Of a stretch of DNA of 64,000 bases, positions 43,662 through 52,325 are shown in pieces. Within the stretch, counting starts at the first letter, position 1; each line of letters begins with the position of its first letter. Under the pieces are notes generated by a model that saw only the letters and a list, made by a program, of their open reading frames with translations, ran no database searches and was not told where the DNA came from. Source of the stretch: Solirubrobacteraceae bacterium (GTDB lineage: Bacteria; Actinomycetota; Thermoleophilia; Solirubrobacterales; Solirubrobacteraceae). The stretch is taken from assembly GCA_035938095.1 (NCBI GenBank), contig DASZHF010000126.1:4264-68263 (forward strand). The letters are read 5' to 3'. The translations under genes and the position numbers were made by a program.

Positions 43662-44300
43662 CTAGGTCCGCCGCGCTCTTTCTAGGAGGTGTGTCGCGAT
43701 TTGATGGGCCTCGTGGGCCGCTTGGGTGTCTCCGCTGGCAGCGGCGATTATGCATCCAAACATCAGCATCTGCCACTGGCGTGCGAACCCCTCGGCGTCG
43801 CGGATGCCCGCATCTTCGGCCAGCCCGCCCACGAACGAGCGCACGCTTGCGAGCCCCATTACGCAGGCCTCGCTGACGGCGGCGGTCCCGTCGCGAGTTT
43901 CGAGCAGGCTGTTGATGAACAGGCAGCCCTCGTAGTCACCGCGCCGAAACCAGTCGTCGAAGACGTCGAAGATCGCCAGCAGGCGCGCCTCGGGCGTCCC
44001 GGCGCGCCCCTCGACCTGCCGCATCAGCCAGTCCCGAGTCCACAGCTGGTCGCGACGTTCGAGCACGGCCAAGACGAGCTCGTCCTTGGAGCGGAAGTGG
44101 CGGTAGAGGGTCATCTTGGCGACACCGGCCTCGGCGACGATCCGGTCGATCCCTACCGCCTGCAAGCCGTGGCGGCAGAAGAGCCCGTAAGCGGCCCGCA
44201 GGATGCGGTCGCGAGCCTGCTGGCTCCCCTTCCGGGCGCTGCTCGAGTCCGGGTGAGGTTGGACGGGCGGAGTCATCGAGAACGGCGTCGTGCCCTTCAA
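43662..44300 (-). CDS. TetR/AcrR family transcriptional regulator
   Basis: RDRILRAAYGLFCRHGLQAVGIDRIVAEAGVAKMTLYRHFRSKDELV. Confidence 0.92.
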   Translation of the reverse strand: MKGTTPFSMTPPVQPHPDSSSARKGSQQARDRILRAAYGLFCRHGLQAVGIDRIVAEAGVAKMTLYRHFRSKDELVLAVLERRDQLWTRDWLMRQVEGRAGTPEARLLAIFDVFDDWFRRGDYEGCLFINSLLETRDGTAAVSEACVMGLASVRSFVGGLAEDAGIRDAEGFARQWQMLMFGCIIAAASGDTQAAHEAHQIATHLLERARRT

Positions 44301-44321
44301 TCGGCTCTGCTAGGTTGGCAG

Positions 44322-44341
44322 TATACAGACTAGTCTGTATA
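44322..44341. promoter_or_regulatory. Perfect 20-bp AT-rich palindrome TATACAGACTAGTCTGTATA (candidate TetR operator)
   Basis: Self-complementary over all 20 nt. It lies 21 nt upstream of the TetR start (44300) and 25 nt upstream of the divergent LysR start (44367). Confidence 0.6.
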
Positions 44342-44366
44342 GGCGGCGGGTGCAGATCTTTGCCGC

Positions 44367-45320
44367 TTGACCATGGCAGCGTCAACACCCATCGCCATCG
44401 AGCTCCGCCACCTGCGCTATTTCCTCGCGGTCAGCGAGGAGCTGCACTTTCGCCGAGCCGCTGATCGCCTGCACATCTCGCAACCACCGCTGTCTCAAGC
44501 TATCCGCCAGCTCGAGGACCAGCTCGGCGTGCAGCTGCTGCACCGAACCAGCCGGGTGGTCACCCCGACCACGGCCGGGCGGGTGTTCGCCGAGGAGGCG
44601 CGCAGGGTGCTTGCCAGCTTCGACCTCGCCGTCGCCGAGGCCCGCCGGGCCGGCGGCGCCCGCCATGCGCTGCGGATCGGCTGCGTCCCCCACCTTCCGT
44701 TCGGGCTGCTCCAACGGTTTCTCCGCGAGCTGCACGGGCACGACTCCAGCTCTCACTCGCAGGCAGACGTGGCCCATCTCCCCAGCCTCGAGCAGGTCGA
44801 TCGCCTGCGCTCGGGTGAACTCGACCTTGGCATCTTCCATACCCAGGAGCACGAGGGGATCGAATCTGAGCCCCTGTTCCCTGGTGAGCCCCTGGCCGCA
44901 TTCCTCCCCCCAGACCACCCCCTCGCCGCCAAGTCGGCGCTCGGTCCCGACGATGTACGCGAAGAGATCCTCATCGTCGGCCCGCGGGCGACAAACCCTG
45001 CGCTCCAGGACCGTGTGCTGGCGGTCGTCAACGATCGTGGCTACCGATTCTCCGGCGTGCGCGAGGCCAGTGGCTACCATGCTCGCGATCTGATACTGGC
45101 CGCAGCCGGCGGGCCGGGCATGGTGCTCGCGCCCATATCCTTCCATGAAGTCGCGGGAGCCGGCGACATCGTGACGCGTCGCCCGCTGGATCCCGCCGTC
45201 GTCATGCCCGAGATCGTCCTCGCCTGGAGCGCCCACCACCCTGGCCAGCTAGGACCCGTCCTCACTGGCGCCCGGGAGGTTGCGCGTGACCTGCGGCGCG
45301 CGACCGAGCAGTCTGGGTAG
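44367..45320 (+). CDS. LysR family transcriptional regulator
   Basis: IELRHLRYFLAVSEELHFRRAADRLHISQPPLSQAIRQLEDQLGVQLL. Confidence 0.92.
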   Translation: MTMAASTPIAIELRHLRYFLAVSEELHFRRAADRLHISQPPLSQAIRQLEDQLGVQLLHRTSRVVTPTTAGRVFAEEARRVLASFDLAVAEARRAGGARHALRIGCVPHLPFGLLQRFLRELHGHDSSSHSQADVAHLPSLEQVDRLRSGELDLGIFHTQEHEGIESEPLFPGEPLAAFLPPDHPLAAKSALGPDDVREEILIVGPRATNPALQDRVLAVVNDRGYRFSGVREASGYHARDLILAAAGGPGMVLAPISFHEVAGAGDIVTRRPLDPAVVMPEIVLAWSAHHPGQLGPVLTGAREVARDLRRATEQSG

Positions 45321-45627
45321 GACCCTCCGACATCGTCGAGTCGCGCTCCGGCGCGGACGCCATCCGAGCCCCCACCCGGGCCGCCGCTCCCATCGATACC
45401 CAGGCCGATGCTCAACAATTCGTGAGTGGCATTGGATAGCTAAAGCGGTTCCGAGTAATCTCCCGCGAGAGGGTGGGTGCCGGATCACGAGGGAGGATGC
45501 CGCGGTGAGGGTCGCGGGCAGCCAGACTGCCGTCAGCGTCGAAGGTGTCCGGTTCGAGCGCGAGGGCGACGGCGTCAGGCCTCGCGGCGGTGCAACTCAT
45601 TCACGCGATCGCCGAACATCCGCGGCG

Positions 45628-46557
45628 GTGACGATTGAGCTTCGTCACCTGCGCTATTTCCTCGCCGTCAGCGAGGAGCTGCACTTTCATCGGGCGGCCG
45701 CACGGGTGCACATTTCCCAGCCCCCGCTTTCCCAGGCGATCCGTCAGCTCGAGCGCGAGCTCGGCGTTCAGCTCCTGCGGCGCACCAGCCGCGCGGTCAG
45801 CCTGACCGAGGCTGGCCGAGCATTCGCCGAGGACGCGCGCAACGTGCTCGCCCACTTCAATGTTGCGGTCGCCGAGGCTCGCCGAGCCGGCAGCGCCAGT
45901 CCGGCGCTACGGATCGGTTGCGTACCCGACCTACCCCTCGACCAGCTGCGCCGGTTCCTCGTCGAGCTGAACGCTCAAGACTCGGTCCTCCAAGCGGAGG
46001 TAACCCACCTGCTCGCTCCGGAGCAGGTGAGGCGCTTGCTCATGGGGGAGCTCGACCTTGGCGTCTTTCACCACGCGCAGGACCACGCCGGAATCGAGTT
46101 TGAGCCGCTCTTCCCGGGCGAGCCCCTGGCCGCGTTCCTGGCCCCGGGCCACCGCCTAGCCGGTAAGCAGACGCTCGGCCCCGACGACCTGCGCGACGAG
46201 GTCCTCATCGCCAGTCCGCGGGCGGCGGACCCCGCACTCCACGATCACGTGCTGGGGGTCGCGAATGAGCGGGGCTACCAGTTCTCCACCGTGCGCGAGG
46301 CCAGTGGCGACCACCCTCGCGACCTGATGCTGGCCGTGGCCAGCGAGCTCGGGATCGCGCTGGCGCCCGCGTCGCTTCACCTAATCTCCGGAGCCGACCA
46401 GATCGTGATTCGTCGCCCGCTCGAGCCGCCGGGGAAGATGCCGGACGTGATCGTCGCCTGGCACGCGCAACGCCCGCGGGAGCTGTGGACGGCTCTGGTC
46501 GCGGTGGGCAACACTGCCCGTCAACTGCGGGTCGGCGAAGGCCCTGATCGGCCCTGA
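45628..46557 (+). CDS. LysR family transcriptional regulator (tandem paralog)
   Basis: GTG at 45628 gives VTIELRHLRYFLAVSEELHFHRAAARVHISQPPLSQAIRQLERELGVQLL. About 60% identical by eye to 44367..45320. The 45280 track start is an unlikely extension. Confidence 0.88.
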   Translation: MTIELRHLRYFLAVSEELHFHRAAARVHISQPPLSQAIRQLERELGVQLLRRTSRAVSLTEAGRAFAEDARNVLAHFNVAVAEARRAGSASPALRIGCVPDLPLDQLRRFLVELNAQDSVLQAEVTHLLAPEQVRRLLMGELDLGVFHHAQDHAGIEFEPLFPGEPLAAFLAPGHRLAGKQTLGPDDLRDEVLIASPRAADPALHDHVLGVANERGYQFSTVREASGDHPRDLMLAVASELGIALAPASLHLISGADQIVIRRPLEPPGKMPDVIVAWHAQRPRELWTALVAVGNTARQLRVGEGPDRP

Positions 46558-46711
46558 GCGCACTCGGTGCTCGAGCATCGCTCGGACGCCGAACGCGGTC
46601 ATCCTTCTGAGAACCGGCGCTACTGACCACGGTCGATAAGCGGCTCCCGCGCAACTTCTCCTTCCCGTGGCCGTTTTGTTTGCGGTCCAACTAAGGAGGA
46701 GGTCGCTCCAG

Positions 46712-48979
46712 ATGACTCGTGCTCGTTCGCGCCACGTTGCGGTCGCAATCGTTCTCGCAAGCGCGCTCGCGGCAGGCGCCGCGCTGGCAGCCGCCTCGTC
46801 CGTTTCAGTCAGCTCGTCGGGATGGTCGTGGGGCAACCCTAGCCCGCAGGGGAACAAGCTCAACGCGATCGACTTCCTCAATGCCACCACCGGCTTTGCC
46901 GCCGGTGACAACGGGACGGCCCTGCGTACCGACGACGCCGGCGCCACCTGGTCGGGACTGGCCACCGGCACCGCCGGACAGCTCACCCGATTGCAGATCG
47001 TCAACGCCAACACGCTGGTGGTGGGCGGCGGTGCGGGCTGCGTCCTGCGACGGTCTGCGGATGGCGGCAAGACGTTCACCAGAATCTTCGTCCCCACCGA
47101 GACGAACTGCCCCGACAAAGTGCAGGCGTTCAGTTTCGTGGACCCGCAGACCGGCTTCCTGCTCTTGACGGACGGTTCGGTCCTCGTCACTCACGACGGT
47201 GGCCAGTCCTTTACGCGCGAAACCGCTGTTCCGGGTACCGCGGCGGCCAGCGGCGGCGGGAATCTGGTGCCCGAGGACGTGCACTTCACCACGGCGACCA
47301 GCGGACTGGTGTTCCTCACGACGGGCGCTGCCCAGGGGTCAAGCAGCGCCTACTTCACAACCGACGGCGGGGTGTCGTGGAAGCCCGTGGGCAACGTAGA
47401 TTCGGGAACGGTGACGCGCATGTACTTCCTTGATCCGCTGAACGGTTACGCGACTGGCCCCAATACCCTGCTTCGTACCACGGACGGGGGCAACACGTGG
47501 AAGTCGATGGCCGCAGGCGCCAACAACACCTTGACTTCGATTCGCTGCAGCGATCCGTCGACGTGCCTGCTCACGGTGGCCGCGGGCGACAAGCTGCTGC
47601 GAACCACCGACGGAGGTGCGACCGTTAATCAGATCACCCCGTCGAGCTCCCCTCTTCACGGGGTCGCCTTCGCTACATCAAGCCGCGTAGTCGCGGTCGG
47701 CGACAACGGGACGACCGTGGTCTCCAACGACGGAGGTGTGAACTACAGCGCCGTGAGCGGCGACATCGGCGGTCAGTACTTCCGTTTGCGTCTGGGTGCC
47801 AACGGCATCGTCCTGGCAGCCGGAGCGAAGGGACAGGTCGCCCGCTCTGACGACGGCGGTGCGACCTGGCACGCGCTGTCGACGGCGAGCTCAGTCGATC
47901 TGCGTGACGTAGCGTTCTCCAGCCCTACCGTCGGCTACGCGCTGGGCAGCACCGGGACACTGCAGACCACCGCCAACGGCGGCGTCAGCTGGACCGCGCT
48001 CGACCCCGGCCCGGGTGGCCCCGCCAATGCTTTGGTGACAGCGGGAAGCAACGTGCTGCTGATCGGACCGCAGGGCGTGCGGGTCGCACCGGCGGGCGGA
48101 CGTTTCACGCCGGTCACGGCCAAGCTCGTGAAGAACGCGCCACTCAACGACGCGCAGGCGATCGGGTCGACCGTGTTCGCTTTCAGCTCCAAGGCGATCC
48201 TCGTATCTCCCGACGGTGGGGGCACGTGGTCGGCCATCAAGCCTCCGGCCACGAAGCGCAAGGGCCACCGGCATCCTGTGACCATCCACGACATCTCCTT
48301 CACAAGCGCCGCGAATGGCTTCGTGCTCGACACCGCGTCCCGCGTGTGGTCGACTCAGAATGCGGGCCGGCGCTGGACGGAGATAACCAGCACCGGCACC
48401 AGCGACGCGCTCGGGATCGCGTTTTCGGACCCGTCCTCGGGGTTCATAAGCCTCAGTGCGGTGGGCGCAGCGACGGGAGAGGCCGCTGTGTTGCACACCT
48501 CGGACGCCGGACACACCTGGCGACCTCAGCTGATCTCCTCCGGTCTGGTCACCACCGGCGGCGTCTTGGCCGCGAGTCCGGTCGATGCCTACGCCCTGGT
48601 GGTGGTACCCGGATCCACGCCGACGTCGGGACGCGCATTGTTCTTCACCCACTCGGGGGGTGACGCGGGTCAGCCCAGCCAGCTTACAATCGGCACGGCC
48701 AAAGCGCAGCTGACGCGCCAGAAGCTGCGTAAAGCCAAGAGCCAGGTCACCATCACCGGAACGCTGTCCGGAGCCACTGGCGGCGAGCAGATCATCGTGT
48801 CGCGCCGGGACCAGGCCGGCGGCGTGTGGCAGCAGAAGGTCGTGACCGCCGGGGTCAACGGAGGAAGTTTCACCGCATCCTTCAAGATGACGCGATCATC
48901 GCTGTTCGTCGCCCAGTGGGCCGGCGACAGCGGCCGTCAGAGCGTTGGCACGCCGGTCCTGACGGTGAAGGTCAAATAG
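46712..48979 (+). CDS. Secreted BNR/Asp-box repeat beta-propeller protein (sialidase/Ycf48-like fold) with C-terminal Ig-like region
   Basis: RBS AGGAGG before ATG 46712, then a signal peptide. About twelve SxDxGxTW-type boxes are present, including TDDAGATWS, SADGGKTFT, THDGGQSFT, TTDGGVSWK, TTDGGNTWK and SDDGGATWH. Confidence 0.88.
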   Translation: MTRARSRHVAVAIVLASALAAGAALAAASSVSVSSSGWSWGNPSPQGNKLNAIDFLNATTGFAAGDNGTALRTDDAGATWSGLATGTAGQLTRLQIVNANTLVVGGGAGCVLRRSADGGKTFTRIFVPTETNCPDKVQAFSFVDPQTGFLLLTDGSVLVTHDGGQSFTRETAVPGTAAASGGGNLVPEDVHFTTATSGLVFLTTGAAQGSSSAYFTTDGGVSWKPVGNVDSGTVTRMYFLDPLNGYATGPNTLLRTTDGGNTWKSMAAGANNTLTSIRCSDPSTCLLTVAAGDKLLRTTDGGATVNQITPSSSPLHGVAFATSSRVVAVGDNGTTVVSNDGGVNYSAVSGDIGGQYFRLRLGANGIVLAAGAKGQVARSDDGGATWHALSTASSVDLRDVAFSSPTVGYALGSTGTLQTTANGGVSWTALDPGPGGPANALVTAGSNVLLIGPQGVRVAPAGGRFTPVTAKLVKNAPLNDAQAIGSTVFAFSSKAILVSPDGGGTWSAIKPPATKRKGHRHPVTIHDISFTSAANGFVLDTASRVWSTQNAGRRWTEITSTGTSDALGIAFSDPSSGFISLSAVGAATGEAAVLHTSDAGHTWRPQLISSGLVTTGGVLAASPVDAYALVVVPGSTPTSGRALFFTHSGGDAGQPSQLTIGTAKAQLTRQKLRKAKSQVTITGTLSGATGGEQIIVSRRDQAGGVWQQKVVTAGVNGGSFTASFKMTRSSLFVAQWAGDSGRQSVGTPVLTVKVK

Positions 48980-49040
48980 CCAGCCCGTCGTCTCACAACG
49001 CGATGGGCTCGCGCAACTCCGCGGGCTGGCGGAACGCGGG

Positions 49041-51989
49041 CTAACGCTGCCCGGGGATCCAGACGCCGCCCTCGGGGCGGCCGACGGCGGACTCGAGCTC
49101 GACCACGCGGTCCTGGAGCTCCTCGGCGTCCGCACGGGCCACTCCGAGCAGCGCGATCCGGGCGCTGGCCTCGGAATGCGCGTCGTCCAGGGCGGCGGCC
49201 AAAGCGGCCTGTTCCTCGAGCGCGGCCCGGAGCGCAACGGTGAGCTGCTCGCGCTCAGCCAGGGCTTTCTGCCAGCGTTGCGACGCCAGCTTGATCTCCC
49301 GCCGGCCGGCCCTGGCATCGCGGTCGTGTTCGGCCTCGGCTTCCGCGAGCTGAGCGGCGAGCTCCTCGACGCGCGCGCGGGACTCTTGGCGCTCGCCCAG
49401 GAGCGTCTGCTCCAGGGCTGTCATGCGCGTGCGCGAGAGCTCGAGCTCGTCGCTCAGGCTCCGCTCGATGTCGCCCAGCCTTGCCACTCCCAACTCGTGC
49501 TCGTGTTCGAGCGCGTGTTCGAGCTCGGCCACGGTGGCCCGTGCGTTCTCAAGCTCGTCGCCCATGGTTTGCACTGCCCGTGCTTCCTGTGCGACCGCTT
49601 GCTCGCGCTCGGCGACCGCCTGTGCGACCGACTGCTCGCGCTCGGCGACCGCCTGTGCGACAGCCTGCTCGCGCTCGGCGACCGCCTGCTCGAGCTCGGC
49701 CGCGTGCGCCACCGCTCGGGCGCTCTCTTCGGCGGCCGCCTGAGCGCGCACGTTTGCGGTCTCCAGGTCGGCTTGCAGCCGGCGCAGGCGCTCCTGGAGC
49801 TCGTCCCGATCGCTCTCGGCGCGAGTGGCCCGCGCGAGCGCCTTCTCCGCCGCCACCTCCCGCTCGGCCAGCTTCGCCTCTACTTCCGCGAGCCGGTCGG
49901 CCAGCGCCGCGAGCTCTTCGCCGGCAGACGTCAGCTGCCGTTCGGCGGCGATCCGCACCGCCCGTGCCTCGTCGCGCTCGCGCTCGAGTACCTCGCGCGC
50001 CGCTACCGATTCCTCGAGCCGGCTGCGCAGCTCGACCGTCTGGTGCTCGGCTTCGCCGGCCCGGCGCTCGGCGGCCTCCAGCGCGCTGCGGGCCTCGGCG
50101 GCCGCGGTGGCGCTGCGTTGCTGCGCCTCCTTCAACTGCTGCGCGAGCTCGGCCCGCTCTCGCTCGAGGTTGGCGCGCAGACTCTCGAGCTCGTCCGCTC
50201 TCTGCTCCGCGGCCGCGGCCCGCTCTTCGGCAGCGGCGAGTGCCTGCTGGGTCCTCGAGGCTGTCTGGGCTAGCTCCGTGCTCTCCCGCTCGAGCGTCGC
50301 GAGCGAATCCTGTAGCTCGCCGTGGCGGCTCTCGAGCCCGGCGAGGGCGGCCGCCAGCTGGTCGCGCTCGGAGTTCGCGCTCCCCCATTCGCGTTCGAGC
50401 TCCTCGACCCGGTCGGCGAGCTCGGCGAGGCGCCGCTCTGCAGCCGAGCGTACGCGGGCGCTCTGTTCGGCCCTACGGGCGAGCGCTTCCTCGGCCTCCT
50501 CCTCGCGCTCGCGGAGTTGCGCCCGGAGCCGCACGTGCTGCTCCTCGCTGGCCTCCAAGCGGGCGGTCAGTTGCACGTGTTCGTCGGTCAGCTCGCGCAG
50601 CTGCGCTTCGAGCGCGGCGACCGCCCGCCGAGCCTGCTCTGCGTCACGGCCGTCGCGCAAAGCGGCGTCTCGCGCCGTCGCGAGCTCGGCCGCGCGCTGC
50701 TCGGCCACCCCCCGAGCCTCGGCTGCGGCCGCACGGCGCATGTCGGCTTCGCGCTGTTGCTGGGCACGCTGAGCGGCGAGCTGCTCGGCCGCCTGCACGC
50801 GGGCCTCGGCCTCCTCCAGCGCAGTGGCCACCCCCGCTCGCTCCTCCTCGAGCACGGCGCGAGTGCGCTCCTCTGCCTCCTCTATGGCGGCACGCGCCTG
50901 CTCCCGAGCCTCGGCGATGGCGGCCTCAGCGCGGGTCTGCGCTTCCTGGACTGCGGCCTGAGCACGCGACTGCGTCGTTTCCCTGGTCTCCTGCGCCTGC
51001 GACTGCGCCTCCTCGACCGCCTTGCGGGCCTGCGCTTCGACCCGTTCGAGCGCTGCTCGAGCGGCTACCTCGGCCTCCCGGGCGTCGCGCAAGCGCTGGT
51101 CCGCGGCGCTGACGGCCGCGCGGGCGTGCTCGTCAGCTCGGCGAACAGCGGCCTGCGACTGGTCCCTCATCCGCTGAAGCGCCTGCCCGGCAGCTGCCTG
51201 CGCCCGCAGGGCAGCCTCAGCGGCATGCGACTCGGATCGCCGTTCGGCTTCGACCGCGCGAGCCTCGGCGTCGCGACGGGCACGCCGGGCCGCGGCCAGC
51301 GCCTCGCGCAGTCGGTCGGCCATTTCGCGCTCACGCGCCAGCTCCCGCTCGAGCGGGGCGGCGCGCGGGGTAGCGTCGGGCGGCTCGGGCGCGGGCGCCT
51401 CCGATACAGGCGCGACTCCTGGCGCCTCGGGCGCGGGCGCCTGCGATACAGGCGCGACTCCGGGCAGCTCAGGCGATGGCACCTCGTCACCCGCCTCAAC
51501 CGCAGGCGCCTCATCACCCGCCTCAACCGCAGGCGCCTCAACCGCAGGCGCCTCGTCAACCAACTCCGCCGTGGGCGGCTCGTCAACCGGCTCTGCGGCC
51601 GGCGCCGGCGCCTGGACGAGAGTCCGCCACCGGGGCGCGGGGAGGTCGTACAGCTCCCCCACCTCGAGCGCGAGCGCGAACGCCGCCCGGTCGAGGAGCG
51701 CCGGGTCCAGCGCATAGGCCGCCCGCCAGGACGAAGGCTCTGCAGAGACCCGAGCGAGCGACGGTTCGGGTCCTCTGATCGGCGAGCTGCGCTCTATCCC
51801 GTGGGGTCCGTCGACGACCATCACCGGTTCGCCGAGGGCGGTCCCCGGCGATCCGGACCAGCGACCTTCGACACGGGCGAGGACTCGCGAGTCCCCCACG
51901 CGCATCGCCTCGAAGCTCGCGAGCTCGAACCTGATCTGTGAAGGTGCTTCCATCTCCCCCGATGCAGTGGGCTTCCCGGCGAGGCTCAT
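49041..51989 (-). CDS. 982-aa coiled-coil protein (A/E/R/Q-rich) with N-terminal globular domain and Pro/Ala/Glu linker
   Basis: It is the longest ORF in the region, and the overlapping ORFs on both strands are Arg/Pro-rich junk. About 750 aa are uninterrupted AEARxAxE-type heptad or hendecad sequence. I saw no ATPase or other catalytic motif. Confidence 0.8.
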   Translation of the reverse strand: MSLAGKPTASGEMEAPSQIRFELASFEAMRVGDSRVLARVEGRWSGSPGTALGEPVMVVDGPHGIERSSPIRGPEPSLARVSAEPSSWRAAYALDPALLDRAAFALALEVGELYDLPAPRWRTLVQAPAPAAEPVDEPPTAELVDEAPAVEAPAVEAGDEAPAVEAGDEVPSPELPGVAPVSQAPAPEAPGVAPVSEAPAPEPPDATPRAAPLERELAREREMADRLREALAAARRARRDAEARAVEAERRSESHAAEAALRAQAAAGQALQRMRDQSQAAVRRADEHARAAVSAADQRLRDAREAEVAARAALERVEAQARKAVEEAQSQAQETRETTQSRAQAAVQEAQTRAEAAIAEAREQARAAIEEAEERTRAVLEEERAGVATALEEAEARVQAAEQLAAQRAQQQREADMRRAAAAEARGVAEQRAAELATARDAALRDGRDAEQARRAVAALEAQLRELTDEHVQLTARLEASEEQHVRLRAQLREREEEAEEALARRAEQSARVRSAAERRLAELADRVEELEREWGSANSERDQLAAALAGLESRHGELQDSLATLERESTELAQTASRTQQALAAAEERAAAAEQRADELESLRANLERERAELAQQLKEAQQRSATAAAEARSALEAAERRAGEAEHQTVELRSRLEESVAAREVLERERDEARAVRIAAERQLTSAGEELAALADRLAEVEAKLAEREVAAEKALARATRAESDRDELQERLRRLQADLETANVRAQAAAEESARAVAHAAELEQAVAEREQAVAQAVAEREQSVAQAVAEREQAVAQEARAVQTMGDELENARATVAELEHALEHEHELGVARLGDIERSLSDELELSRTRMTALEQTLLGERQESRARVEELAAQLAEAEAEHDRDARAGRREIKLASQRWQKALAEREQLTVALRAALEEQAALAAALDDAHSEASARIALLGVARADAEELQDRVVELESAVGRPEGGVWIPGQR
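49587..49685 (-). repeat. Three 33-bp tandem repeats encoding AVAEREQ(A/S)VAQ
   Basis: Units are 49587..49619, 49620..49652 and 49653..49685, differing at 2 to 3 positions. Confidence 0.9.
51384..51556 (-). repeat. Tandem repeats (42 bp x2 and 27 bp x2 plus) encoding the Pro/Ala/Glu linker
   Basis: 42-bp units start at 51384 and 51426 (PGVAPVS(Q/E)APAPE). 27-bp units are 51487..51513 and 51514..51540 (GDEAPAVEA). Confidence 0.85.
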
Positions 51990-52097
51990 CCCCAGCGATC
52001 GCCCAGGTTGCTGCGCAAACAGGAAGCCTACCTGCGATTCAGCCGGCTGGAAAGGGTCGCAGGGCGAATGCCACGACCCAATGGGTCGGGACCCGGC

Positions 52098-52125
52098 CCC
52101 CGAGGACCTCGGGGCCGAATTTTCG
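52098..52125 (+). terminator. Orphan terminator-like element: GC palindrome followed by a T-run
   Basis: CCCCGAGGaCCTCGGGG (52098..52114), then ccgaATTTTcg. There is no convincing plus-strand gene upstream. Confidence 0.25.
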
Positions 52126-52325
52126 CAAGACGTCAGGGCGGGCGCCGGGACCAGACGGTGCCCAGCTCGATCGGAATGGGCGCCAACCGTCGAAGGACCG
52201 TCCGAGCCCGCGCTATCGTGGTCTAGCGGCAGACGTCGTCGAAAACGCGCTCAGGAAGGCGCTGCCAGACCGGAACTTGTCGTGCTGTCAAGCGTCCCGC
52301 AGGATGAGCCGATGAGAATCAGGGA

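Noticed and set aside
49176-51941. Several long ORFs (365, 543, 539, 315 and 279 aa) on both strands inside the coiled-coil gene
   Set aside because: They are Arg/Pro/Ser/Leu-rich frames generated by the GCx/GAG/CGC-repetitive coding sequence. Only the 982-aa minus-strand frame gives a coherent protein.
52120-52325. Possible ydaO-type c-di-AMP riboswitch upstream of the L,D-transpeptidase
   Set aside because: CCGAGCCCGCGCUAUCGUGGUCUAGCG loosely resembles the conserved CCGAAUCCGACAGCUAACCUCGUAAGCG core, and the cell-wall gene context fits. However, the near-invariant ACAGCUAAC segment and the 5' half-motifs are not recognisably present. It needs an Infernal scan before any claim.
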